Positions 23,391-34,040 of a stretch of DNA of 64,000 bases are shown piece by piece. How positions within the stretch are numbered: position 1 is the first letter of the stretch; every line of letters starts with the position of its first letter. The position numbers and the translations under genes are program-made. The notes under the pieces are model-generated. The model ran no database searches. It was not told where the DNA came from and saw only the letters and a program-made list of their open reading frames with translations. The stretch is from an uncultured Gemmatimonadaceae bacterium. GTDB lineage: Bacteria > Gemmatimonadota > Gemmatimonadetes > Gemmatimonadales > Gemmatimonadaceae. The DNA lies in the NCBI GenBank assembly GCA_963829055.1, contig CAWHHI010000003.1, positions 256,001 through 320,000 on the forward strand, given 5' to 3'.

Positions 23391-25106
23391 TTGGTGATCT
23401 ACCGATCGGTTGGGCGGTTCGCGTCATTGTGTGTTCTCTCGTCGTTCGTCCTCGCGCTACTCGTTCGCGACGCACACGCCCAGGCCACGTCGCGTGACGA
23501 GACCCTGCGCCTCGTCGGCGCGCTTGCCGGTGACACGCCGCTGCTGCGCGACCTGCAGTCGTTGGCAGATGGTATCGGTGGCCGCGCCACCGGATCGACC
23601 GCAAACACGCGCGCCGTGGCCTGGGCGCTCGCGCGTTTTCGCGAGGCCGGAGTCGATGCGAGGGCCGAACCGTTCACCATGCCCGTGCGCTGGCTCGAGC
23701 GGTCTGCCGCTGCCACCGTGCGTGGTGAAGGCGTCGAGTTCCACCCGGCTGTCGCGGCCATGCCATTCTCCGCGCCGACGCCCGCCGGCGGAACGACGGC
23801 GCCGTTGCTCGATGTCGGCTACGGCAAGAAGGAAGATTTCGAGCGACTCGGTGCGAGCGTACGCGGCGCATTCCTGCTCGTGCAGCAGGACGAGCTGAGA
23901 GATGTCGATGGACTGTTTCGCGAGTACGGCGAGTCCGCTGAAATCGAACAACGGGCCTTTGCCGCGGGCGTGGCAGGCGTGGCGTACATGGGGTCCCGCC
24001 CCTACAACACCCTCTACCGGCACAACGTGTCCATCGGCGCGGCCAACACGCGCCCGATGGTCGTCATGGAACACGACGCGGCCGAGAAGGCGTTGCGGCT
24101 GCTGCGGGGCGGAGCCCGCCTAACGTTGACCGAACGGATCGACATCGATGGCGGCGGCCCCTATCAGGCACAGAACGTGATCGGCGAGATCCGTGGCACC
24201 ACGAGGCCCGACGAGGTCGTCGTCATCGGCGCTCACCTCGACTCGTGGGACCTGGGTGACGGAGCGCTCGATAACGGCGCGAACGTCGCGCTCGTCATTG
24301 ACGTCGCTCGTCAGATGAAGCGGCTCGGCCTACGCCCCACGCGCACGATCCGCTTCGCGTTATGGAACGGCGAGGAGCAGGGAATGATCGGCTCGTTCGG
24401 GTACACGAAGACGCACGCGGCCGAGCTCGATCGGCACGTGATGGCGGGCTCGATCGATATCGGGTGCGGACGCATCAACGGGTTCTTCACCGGCGGCCGC
24501 CCGGAAATACTTCCCGCCGTCACCCGCTCGCTGGAAGCCGTCAGCGGCTTGGGTCCGTTCACGCAGGTCGACGCGCCGATCGTTGGCACCGACAACTTCG
24601 ACTTCATGCTGCATGGCGTCGCGAACCTCGTCGCGAACCAGGAGCCGGCGCTGTACGGCCAGAACTACCACGCGCACTCGGACGTGTTCGTGAAGTGCGA
24701 CCCGCAGCAGCTTCGCCTGAACGCGATGATCACCGCCGCGGTGGTCTATGGATTCGCCACCATGGACGTCACGTGGAATCGCCAGACGCGAGCGGACGTC
24801 GAAGGTTTGATGAAGCGCACCGATCTCGAGCAACAGATGCGCATGTTCAACGTCTGGGACGAATGGGCCGCGGGAACGCGAGGACGTCAGTCGGGAATAG
24901 GGAATCGGGACTGGCGACTAGGGAATCGGGAACTGGGGACTCGAGCTGGTGACGCTGGTCGACCAGCAGTCGTTGGTCGACCAGCGACCAGCACGAGCGA
25001 CCAGCGACCAGCTCGCCAGTCCCGATTCCCGATTCCCGATTCCCGATTCCCGACGTTCACAGAGATTCCAGGAACTTCACGAGCGCCGATCTCTTCGCGG
25101 AGTTGA
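23391..25106 (+). CDS. M28-family (carboxypeptidase Q-like) secreted metallopeptidase; last ~70 codons are repeat-derived
   Basis: NVIGEIRG, IGAHLDSWD..GALDNG, WNGEEQG, GTDNF, YHAHSD. Confidence 0.9.
   Translation: MVIYRSVGRFASLCVLSSFVLALLVRDAHAQATSRDETLRLVGALAGDTPLLRDLQSLADGIGGRATGSTANTRAVAWALARFREAGVDARAEPFTMPVRWLERSAAATVRGEGVEFHPAVAAMPFSAPTPAGGTTAPLLDVGYGKKEDFERLGASVRGAFLLVQQDELRDVDGLFREYGESAEIEQRAFAAGVAGVAYMGSRPYNTLYRHNVSIGAANTRPMVVMEHDAAEKALRLLRGGARLTLTERIDIDGGGPYQAQNVIGEIRGTTRPDEVVVIGAHLDSWDLGDGALDNGANVALVIDVARQMKRLGLRPTRTIRFALWNGEEQGMIGSFGYTKTHAAELDRHVMAGSIDIGCGRINGFFTGGRPEILPAVTRSLEAVSGLGPFTQVDAPIVGTDNFDFMLHGVANLVANQEPALYGQNYHAHSDVFVKCDPQQLRLNAMITAAVVYGFATMDVTWNRQTRADVEGLMKRTDLEQQMRMFNVWDEWAAGTRGRQSGIGNRDWRLGNRELGTRAGDAGRPAVVGRPATSTSDQRPARQSRFPIPDSRFPTFTEIPGTSRAPISSRS
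24891..25052. repeat. 7-bp-periodic inverted array (GGGAATC / GATTCCC) with inner GACCAGC repeats
   Basis: tcgggaatagggaatcggga..gggaatcggg ... cccgattcccgattcccgattcccgattcccga. Confidence 0.8.
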
Positions 25107-26489
25107 GCCCGAGCACCGCATCGCGCGATGCTTTTGCTTCACCGCCATGCCAGAGCACGGCTTCCATGAGCGAGCGCGCGCGACCATCGTGAAGGAAGTT
25201 GGTGTGCCCGTTCACCGTCTGCACGAGACCGATCCCCCAGAGCGGCGGCGTGCGCCACTCTTTTCCGGACGCCTGGAAATCGGGACGATTGTCGGCCAGA
25301 TCCGGTCCCATGTCGTGGAGCAGCAGATCGGTGTACGGGTGGATCACCTGGTTCGACACCGATGGCACGCCGTCGAGCGAGCCTGTCCTGACCGTCGTGG
25401 TGTGACAGGTCGCGCATCCGACCTGATAGAAGATCGCCTCGCCCTGCGTCGCCTGCGCGTCGTCGATATTGCGGCGCGCCGGCACGCCTAACGTCTGCAT
25501 GTATCGCGCGACCGCGAGAACAGCCTGATCGCTGACCTCGGGCGCGTGCCGTGCGCACTCGTCACGGTCGCCCTCGCACGACTCGGCCGGGAACAGCGAG
25601 GAGGTCACGCCCATGTCCCCGTTGTAGGCCCCGGCCGTCTGCTGGATGAGGTTCGGCGCGCCGGCCTTCCATCCAAAGCGTCCGACGACCGTCTTCGCCG
25701 CCGCGGCGTCCCAGACGCGGTTCGCCACGCCGGAGATGCCGTCGCCGTTGGCGTCGTTAGGGTCCTCGTTGGCGAGCAGCGTCGCCGTCGGGAATCGCCT
25801 CGAGCAGTCCGAGCCCGAAGTTGACCGGCGCCACCCGGGGGCTGAACAACATCTTGTTCGCCAGCGGCTCGTAGCTGCTCGTAGAAGGAGTACGACGGGA
25901 CGCGAAGCGAGTACGCCGTGCCATCGCTGAAGCGCCCGGCCACCTCCGAGTACGTGATCGACACGCTCGCTTCCGGTGCGCTGCCCGGTATGGCGCGCAG
26001 TTGTAGCTGTCCACCGAACCCCGGGACCGGGTTCGGCGCTCCCGTCACCGGATCGCGATTCGGGAAGCTGATCCGAACCAGGAATGACTCCGCGATCTCC
26101 CCAGGGCCCGGGGGTCGGCCACGCCCGTCGCCAGCATGACAGCCCTCGCACGACACGTTGTCGAACACCGGTCCCAGCCCGGCGTGCTCGGACGTTGGAT
26201 CGGTCACGAACGCGTCTTCGAATTCCTCATCGCCCTCGTTATGGAGCTTGGTGTCAGGTCCTTTCGCGAGGTTGGCGGATGGAAGTGAGAATGCGGCGTC
26301 CGTGAGGTCGAACGTGGTGGTTGCCCCTCCTGAAAGCACCGTGTGAGCGGTGGGGTCGGGCGCCATCGCGAGCGACACGCCGAGCGGCGGTCCTGTCGTG
26401 GGCGCAGTGGGTGGCAGGACGCTGTCGTCAGAGCACGCAGCGAGTACCACCACCCACACGAGGCAGGTGGAGCGAGTGGCCAAGTGCAT
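25057..26489 (-). CDS. Di-heme oxidoreductase-family (DHOR/DUF1111) lipoprotein
   Basis: Lipobox LAAC; GLGPVFDNVSCEGCH, GRFGWKA, GCATCH, YTDLLLHDMG, WRTPPLWGIG, LHDGRARS. Confidence 0.9.
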
Positions 26490-26645
26490 AAGCCTCTCCT
26501 CGATTGTTGGGCGGCGTGGCTTCAGCGCACACGCCGCCGCTGCGGCGGACGCAGGAGCGGGAACTCCTGCGCGAGCCGCTGATGCAGGCGATCGCAAGGC
26601 AATCGCGGGGAGCGCGGAAGGTGCGCGCGCCAGAGAGCACGCGCG

Positions 26646-26659
26646 GTGATGTGCATCAC
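26646..26659. promoter_or_regulatory. Candidate CRP/FNR-family site
   Basis: GTGAT-gtgc-ATCAC upstream of the DHOR gene. Confidence 0.35.
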
Positions 26660-26778
26660 GAATTGCCCGCGCAGTCGATGAATGGGCTGCCTAACGAGCA
26701 ACTTTCACTGACGCACTGGTCAGTCCGCCGCCAGGTGCCTGACGCGGCGTGGTGAGGGTTGTTACCCGCGTCCCCTCA

Positions 26779-28209
26779 TCATCTCCGCTTGATGCTGGCG
26801 CGCCAGTAGATGACGGCGCCGAGCGCGACGAATGCTGCCGCACCACCGATGACCTTCACGCCGAACGCGAACCGATTCGGCGCGTCGCCCGGCGGAATCG
26901 ACGCAACGATCATCGCGAACACCGTGATCGCCAAGCCGCACACGCCCGCCAGCGTCGCACCCACCCGTCCGCCAGGCAGCTGACCCGTCCGCGCCGGACC
27001 CCGCGCCTGCCGCAGCAGACAGAGGAACAGGTAGATGTACGGGATGAAGTACACGAGCAGCTGCGTATCGAGCAGCACCAGATAGGCCTGCTCCACCGTC
27101 GATCCCTTGCCGAGCTGCGAGACGAGCAGGAACACCGTCGCCAGCACGGCCTGCACGAGGATCGCGACGTACGGCGTCCGAAAGCGCGGATGCACCTTCC
27201 CGAACGCCGGCGGGAAATAGCGGTCCAGCCCGATCACGAACGCCACCCGGGCCGGACCCGACAGCCACGCGCCCACACCCGCCACGTTGCTCAGCGTGTA
27301 GAGTGCCGCCGCGACTGGCGCGAGCCACATGAGTGCTGGTGACGCCGCCGCACTGCCGATGCTGATCGCCTGCAGGAACCCGGACACGATGTTGAGGTCA
27401 CCGGTCGGCACGAGCCACAACACGGACAGCGTGCCGAGGATGTAGGCGGCGGCGATCAGCGGCGCGGAGATGACGATCGCGCGCGGCAGATCGCGCCGCG
27501 GGTTCGCCGTCTCCTCTCCCATCGTCGACGAGAGCTCGAGCCCCGCGAACGCGAACGCGATCGACGCCCAGAGGTTGAGCGTCGAGAGGTCCGTCACGTT
27601 AGGCACGAGCCGCGCCGCCGTGAAGGCGTTCGCGCTCGGATGGGTGACGATCGCCACGACGCCCAGCGCGATCAGCATGACGCCGGGCAGGTAGGTGGCC
27701 ACCCCGCCAATGTTGTGCAGCCACTTCCCCGCACCGAGCCCGACGATGTTCAGCAGCGGCCGCCACCCACAGCGCGGTCAGCGCGACGCCACAGCACGTA
27801 CGGCCAGCTGTTGCCTAACGAGCGTGCCGCCCTTGCCGATCGCGTACGTCGCGATGACGGCGGTCGAGATGAGCAGGTTGGGGTAGTACAGGACGTTGTT
27901 GATCCAGTAGCACCACCCGCAGAGGAACCCGTTCCACTCGCCGTACGTCCGCCGCGTCCACGCGTAGACGCCCGCCTTCCTCCGGGAACCGCGACGCGAG
28001 CGTGATGACGGCAATGCCCTGCGGGATGAAGAAGAGCAGCGCCGCCAGCAGCCACAGCACGAGCGAGCTCGGTCCGGCCTTCGCCGACGTCGCCACCCAA
28101 CGGAGCCCGAGCACGGCGACGACGTTGAACAGCACCAGATCCCCGAGTCGGAGAACGCGCTTGAGGTCGTGGGTCCCGGGTTGGGCGGCTGTCTGGCGTC
28201 GAGCGTCAT
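26779..28209 (-). CDS. APC-family amino-acid permease (frameshifted)
   Basis: DLVLFNVVAVLGLRW, GVYAWTRR, FAFAGLEL, NPRRDLPRAI, many TM helices. Confidence 0.9.
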
Positions 28210-28365
28210 GAAGTGTCCGGTCTGAAAAGGTGCTGAGCGTTACGGCGGGTTAAGGCGGAGGCCGGCAACTTCCTTGCGTCGCAGACCCAACTCGCCACTT
28301 GTCGTGTATGACCCAAGGAGCGCTCGTGCGCTCTGGTTTCCACTTCAACGACTTCCTGGATGCTC

Positions 28366-30358
28366 ATGCAAGCTTTCTCCCGAGCCATTGGGCTCGTGCT
28401 CGCAGCCGCCGGCGTCGCGTTGCCGGCAGTCGCGCAAGGACCCGGCAGCCGCCATGCCGTTCGACACAACCGGCGTGGGCGACACGTCGATGTTCGCGCC
28501 GCTCACCCTTCCCGCACCGGCAACGTGTACCGCCTCGGCTCCGGCGCGCCCGGGCCGAAGTACTGGCAGAACCGCGCCGACTACGACCTCAAGGCGACGC
28601 TCGACACCGGCGACGAAGACGCTGCACGGCGAGCTGACGCTCACGCTACACGAACAACTCGCCCGACACGCTGCGCTTCATCTGGATGCAGATGGAGCAG
28701 AACGCGTTCAAGGACAAGTCGCTCAACTCGTTCATCTTCCCGCAGGACTCGCGCTTCGGCGCGCGCGGCTTCGAGGGCGGCGACGTCGTCGAGCACTTCG
28801 ACCAGGTCTGCACGCGCGCCGGCGCGCAGCGACGCGCGCTCAAGACGCGCGTCGAAGGGACGGTGATGAAGGTCGATCTCGCCGAGCCGCTCGCGCCAGG
28901 GCAAGACCGCGACGTTCGACGTCGCGTGGCACTTCCTCATCCCCGAGCACGGCGCCGACCGCATGGGCCGCGACGGCGCGCTCTACGAGCTCGCGCAGTG
29001 GTATCCGCGCGTCTCCGTGTACGACGACGTCCGCGGCTGGAACACCGAGCCCTACCTCGGACAGGGCGAGTTCTATCTCGAGTACGGCGACTACAATCTC
29101 GCCGTCACCGTTCCGGCCGGCTACATCGTCGCCGGCACCGGGCACGCTGACGAATCCGCGCGAGGTGCTGACGCCGACGCAGATCACGCGTCTCGCGCAG
29201 GCCGCGAAGTCGCGACACGCCGGTGCACATCGTGACGGCCGCCGAGCTGCAGAGCGGCGCGGCGCGCCCGAAGAAGACCGGCACGCTGACGTGGAAGTTC
29301 CGCGCGAAGAACGTGCGCGACGTCGCGTGGGCCGCGAGCCCGGACTTCATCTGGGACGCGTCGAGCTGGAAGGGGCACATGGCGTACGCCTACTACCGCC
29401 CGACGCGCCATCGAGACGTGGAAGGACGCGGCCGACATGTCGCGCATGTCGATCATGGAATACTCCGAGCGCTGGTTCAAGTATCCGTATCCGCAGATCA
29501 GCGCCGTCGAAGGCCCGATCAGCGGCATGGAATACCCGATGGTCGCGATGGAGAACAAGAGCGACGACAAGTACGACCTGTACAACGTCGTCACGCACGA
29601 GATCGGGCACATGTGGTTCCCGATGATCGTCGGCTCGAACGAGCGCATGCACATGTGGCAGGACGAAGGCTTCAACACCTTCATCAACACGTTCTCCGAG
29701 GCGCGTCGCTATCCGGAGAAGGGCGACCAGATGGCGCGCGCGCTAGGCGAGCGCGAGTACGTCGAGAGCGCGATGAAGCACGAACGTCGACGAGCCCGAT
29801 CGAGATGAACCCCGACCGCATCGACCCGCGCTGCTCGGCGCTCGACGCGTACGTGAAGCCGAGCGTCGGTCTGCAGCTGCTGCGCCAGGAGATCATCGGC
29901 CCGGCGGCGTTCGACGACGCGTTCCGCACGTACGCGCGAGCGCTGGGCGTTCAAGCATCCGACGCCGGCGGATTTCTTCCGCACGATGGAAGACGTCGGC
30001 GGCCGGCGCCTCGACTGGTTCTGGCGCGAGTGGTTCCTCGAGAACCCGCACTTCGACCAGGCGATCGACACGGTGGTCACGAAGGTCGACGGGCGACACG
30101 ACGGACGTGGCCGTGATGTACGGCAACCGCGCGCGCGGCGTGCTGCCGATTCACGCGCGCTTCACGTTCAGCGACGGCTCGGTCGAGAACTACGACTATC
30201 CGGCCGAGGTGTGGAGCACGAACACGACGCACTACGTGCGGCGGTATCGGTTCATGGGGAAGAAGCTGACGGGCATCGAGCTCGATCCGGAGAAGCGGCT
30301 CGTCGACCTGAACCGCGACAACAACAGGTGGGGCGTCGGTACGAAGCCGGTATCGTAG
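28366..30358 (+). CDS. M1-family metallo-aminopeptidase, secreted (frameshifted)
   Basis: [42 protein letters not shown]. Confidence 0.92.
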
Positions 30359-30395
30359 AGGTGGGCTGCTTCGGCAACCATCTCGGACGAATAAC

Positions 30396-30698
30396 GCGAG
30401 CGGATGCTGGGGATCCAACGGATTGATCCTCAGCACGCGACAGACGCTCTCGCGACGATCTTAGTGAAAGTGAACGGCCTCGGGACGCACTGGTGTCCCG
30501 AGGCCGGATGTCATCCCGAGCATCCGCGAGGGATCTTCTCGACCGTGATTGTGGCCAGAGCGGCCGCAACCAAGACAGAAGATCGCTGGCGCTCGGGATG
30601 ACATTGTGCCGCGGCCATTCCCATTTCAGATGGCTCGTTGCGGTGCGCCGACTCGCCTTCCATGGAGTCAATCCGGCTGATCCACCGCATCCGTTCGC
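30396..30698. repeat. Nested palindromes: outer ~31-bp inverted pair enclosing a GTCATCCCGAGC element (30510-30602)
   Basis: gcgagcggatgctggggatccaacggattga vs tcaatccggctgatccaccgcatccgttcgc; inner gtcatcccgagc..gctcgggatgac. Confidence 0.7.
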
Positions 30699-30958
30699 CC
30701 CCTTCGTCTGAGAAGTCTGCTGAAGCAGTCCTTGGCGTCCTCTGCGTCCGCTGCGGTGAATCGCCGTCCAGCAACCAGTAATCCGTTCTCACCGCTGCCA
30801 GCTCGACACCATCACGCGGTCTCTGCTGCTGCCTAACGAGCAACGCACGGGACAGTGACCAGGATCACGAGATGCGTCGCGATTCCGCATTCGGGGTCCC
30901 TATCTTGCGCAGGCGCCCCCTTCCCAACGGACGTTGTTATCAAATCAGGGAGGGACCC

Positions 30959-32122
30959 ATGGCGGATAGAGACAGAGACCTCGGCGGGATGTCGGACGAC
31001 CTGAGCCGCGTCGGCGACAGCACCATACGCTCGTCTGACAGAACCCGCGGAACAGGCGACGATCCGAACACCGGCGACGCCATCGTCGGCGAGACGGTCG
31101 GCGGTGTTTCCGGCATCGCCGCTGGCGCGGCGCTCGGCTCGCTCGCGGGGCCTGTCGGTACCGTCATTGGCGCGCTCGCGGGCGCGGTCGGCGGGTGGTG
31201 GGCCGGACGCGCAGTGTCCGAAGCCGCATCCACGTACTCTGAAGACGACGACGAGTACTATCGTCGCCACTTCGAGTCGAGCGGTACATTGGACTCTGGA
31301 TTTGGCGCCTCGAGCACGGCGTCGTCCGCGTCATCCACGTCCTCGATGGGATCCACGGGATCGACGGGATCAACGGGGATGGGATCGACGTCGTCCGCAA
31401 ACCGGGACTACGACGCCTACCGCCCAGCGTACCAGCTCGGCCATGTCGCGAGCCGCAACCCGGACTACGCCGACCGCGACTTCGACGCCGTCGAGGCCGA
31501 CCTACGTCGCGGATGGACGGACGATGTCAGCCAGCAGTACGGCAGTTGGGACCGCGTACGTGACCGCGCACGCCAGGGATTCGAGCGCGGCCGTGAGCAG
31601 CGCCTGACGCTGTCGGAGGAGCAGCTCGCCGTCGGCAAACGTCAGGTACAGGCGGGCGAAGCGGCAGTGCGCAAGACTGTCGAGACCGAGCACGTGCGGC
31701 AGTCGGTCCCGGTTCAGCGCGAGGAAGTCGTCGTCGAGCGGCGGCCGATCAGCGGCGACCGCGCCAGTGATGTCGACATCCGCGAGGACGAGGTCCGCAT
31801 CCCGCTCATGGCCGAGGAGGTCGTGGTCGAGAAGCGCGCTGTCCCGACCGAGGAGATCGTGATCCAGAAGCGCGTCGTCACGGAGGAGCGCGAGGTCGAG
31901 GCCGACCTGCGCAGGGAGCGCGTGGACGATTCCGAGCTCCGCAACACGACGTCGCGCACCGCGGACACGGTCGCCGGAGCGACAGAGTCGGCAGCCGACC
32001 GCGGCGGCAACGCGATCGAGCGCGGCGCTCGCAAAGTCGCGGACAAGCTCGACGACGTGAAGGACCGCGTCGATGGCAATCCGGCATCACGACCCGGCCC
32101 TGACGCGACCGACCGCCGCTGA
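30959..32122 (+). CDS. YsnF/AvaK (DUF2382)-domain stress protein with glycine-zipper region
   Basis: GGGAGGG RBS; GAALGSLAGPVGTVIGALAGAVGG; LSEEQLAVGKRQVQAGE..REEVVVERRP. Confidence 0.88.
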   Translation: MADRDRDLGGMSDDLSRVGDSTIRSSDRTRGTGDDPNTGDAIVGETVGGVSGIAAGAALGSLAGPVGTVIGALAGAVGGWWAGRAVSEAASTYSEDDDEYYRRHFESSGTLDSGFGASSTASSASSTSSMGSTGSTGSTGMGSTSSANRDYDAYRPAYQLGHVASRNPDYADRDFDAVEADLRRGWTDDVSQQYGSWDRVRDRARQGFERGREQRLTLSEEQLAVGKRQVQAGEAAVRKTVETEHVRQSVPVQREEVVVERRPISGDRASDVDIREDEVRIPLMAEEVVVEKRAVPTEEIVIQKRVVTEEREVEADLRRERVDDSELRNTTSRTADTVAGATESAADRGGNAIERGARKVADKLDDVKDRVDGNPASRPGPDATDRR

Positions 32123-32167
32123 TCGGCGCAGCGATCGGCGTTAGGCACGGAGGAAACGGCACCAAGC

Positions 32168-32202
32168 GCGACGGGAGCGAGGCTGAGCCTCGCTCCCGTC
32201 GC
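32168..32202. terminator. Hairpin between convergent genes
   Basis: gcgacgggagcgaggc-tga-gcctcgctcccgtcgc perfect stem. Confidence 0.7.
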
Positions 32203-32213
32203 CGCATCCCGAC

Positions 32214-33758
32214 CTAGTCACTGCCCGTAGCCGCTCTGAGTGCGAGCGTGAACTTCGCGCCTTGCGATTCCTCGCTTTCTACGGTCAGGTCTCCACCCAT
32301 GGCGCGCGCCAGCTCCCGACTGATGGCGAGCCCGAGTCCGATCCCCTGATCACCGTCCGGCGTTAGGTGGCGGTCCACCTGCACGAACGGCTCGAAGATC
32401 TCGCGCTGTCGCGACAGCGCGATGCCGCGCCCGGTGTCGGCGACCTGAATACACACCACGCTGTCGACCCGGCCGGATGTGAGCGTGACGCGCCCGCCGG
32501 ACGGCGTGAACTTGCACGCGTTGTTGAGCAGGTTCACGAGAATCTGCTGCACCTTGTCGCGGTCCGCCCGCGCGCGGAGCCCCGGGAGCGGACGCTCGAC
32601 GTCGAACCGCAGCCCGCGCGCACGCATCTGCGGCGCCACGAGCGACTCGGCCTCCGAGACCACGTCGTCGAGCGGCACGTCCTCCATGCGGATGTCTACG
32701 CGCCCAGCTTCCAGGCGCGCGAAGTTCAGGATGTCGTTCACGAGTGAGAGGAGGTGCCGCTGACTGCGCTTGATACGACGCAGGTCGTCGCGCTGATCCT
32801 GGCTGATGGCGCCACGGATCCCGAGCTCCATGAGGTCCGCATAGCCGCCGATCGCGTTGAGCGGAGTCCGGAGCTCGTGACTCATCGTCGCGAGGAACTC
32901 GCTCTTCGCGCGATTGGCCGTCTCCGCCGCTTCCGTTCTCAGCGCCAGCTCATCCGCCGTCGTTTGAATCTCCTCCTTCTGCATCTCGAGCTCGAGAGCC
33001 TGTGATTGCAATTGCTCCTGCTGCAGCTCGAGCTCCATCGCCTGGTCTTGAAGTTGTGCGTTCTGCTCGCCGAGCAACTGCGCGGCGGCCGCCTGCGCGT
33101 CGGCGTCTCGTGCGAACAGGCGGTTCGTGTAGTTGGCGATACCAGCCGACCCGACGGTGCCGATGACGACCGTTACGACCACGAGTGCGTACCACCACTG
33201 CGAGCGCGTGTCGCGCTCGTCGTACAGCCGGCGCTCCTCCGACACGATCCCCGATATCACGCGACGGATCGAATCCATCACCAATCGACCTGAGTCGGTC
33301 CGCACGATAGCCAAAGCCGCGTCCGCCTGACCAGCGCGCCGCAAGGCAATCGTTCTGTCGAGCTCGGCGAACTTGGCGACGAAGAGCGGCGACAATGCAT
33401 CGAGACGGCGCTGCTGCTCGGGATTGTCGCGCGTCAGCTGGCGGAGAAGCGTCGTGTCTGCCGCGACCGCGCCACGCCCCGCAAGATACGGCTCGAGATA
33501 TCGATCCTCGTTCGTGAGGAGGTATCCGCGCTGCCCGGTCTCCGTGTCCGCGAGATGACTCATCAGCGTTTCTACATGAGCGAGCACTGTGAGTGTGTGC
33601 CTGACGAGCGCGCGACTCTGCCGTAAGCGGTCGATGGTGACGAGCATCACGATCCCGATCACGATGACGATCGCGGTGGATGCAAGCGCCACGAGGCGGC
33701 GACGACTGGCTTCGCGAGGCAGAGAAGAATCGAGCAGAGAAGAGTTCGACACCGACAT
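32214..33758 (-). CDS. CHASE3-domain sensor histidine kinase
   Basis: ETGQRGYLLT..YLEPY, FLATMSHELRTPLNAI, NLLNNACKFT, DTGRGI, GLGLAIS. Confidence 0.95.
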   Translation of the reverse strand: MSVSNSSLLDSSLPREASRRRLVALASTAIVIVIGIVMLVTIDRLRQSRALVRHTLTVLAHVETLMSHLADTETGQRGYLLTNEDRYLEPYLAGRGAVAADTTLLRQLTRDNPEQQRRLDALSPLFVAKFAELDRTIALRRAGQADAALAIVRTDSGRLVMDSIRRVISGIVSEERRLYDERDTRSQWWYALVVVTVVIGTVGSAGIANYTNRLFARDADAQAAAAQLLGEQNAQLQDQAMELELQQEQLQSQALELEMQKEEIQTTADELALRTEAAETANRAKSEFLATMSHELRTPLNAIGGYADLMELGIRGAISQDQRDDLRRIKRSQRHLLSLVNDILNFARLEAGRVDIRMEDVPLDDVVSEAESLVAPQMRARGLRFDVERPLPGLRARADRDKVQQILVNLLNNACKFTPSGGRVTLTSGRVDSVVCIQVADTGRGIALSRQREIFEPFVQVDRHLTPDGDQGIGLGLAISRELARAMGGDLTVESEESQGAKFTLALRAATGSD

Positions 33759-34040
33759 GGAGTGAACGCTCGCGCCAATCCGAGCATATTGCTATAGTAG
33801 GACGCAGCAGAATACGCCGCCGAAAAATTGCGCGCCGCCGTTCTGTTTCGGCTTCGCACCGCTCTCGTCGAGCGGCGCGATCGCTTATATCCGCGCTCCA
33901 TTCGCGCTCGTGAGAACCGCTCTGGTTCTCGAGCGTCGTTGTCCATTCATAGTTGTGACGGCGCCATCTGCGCGTCGTCGTGTCGGGACAGGAGCTCACG
34001 CGACGGTCACGCGTGAGCATGTCTCCCGCCGGTCTCACGC

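Noticed and set aside
26500..26760. Riboswitch upstream of the DHOR gene
   Set aside because: Hairpins present but no recognisable aptamer consensus
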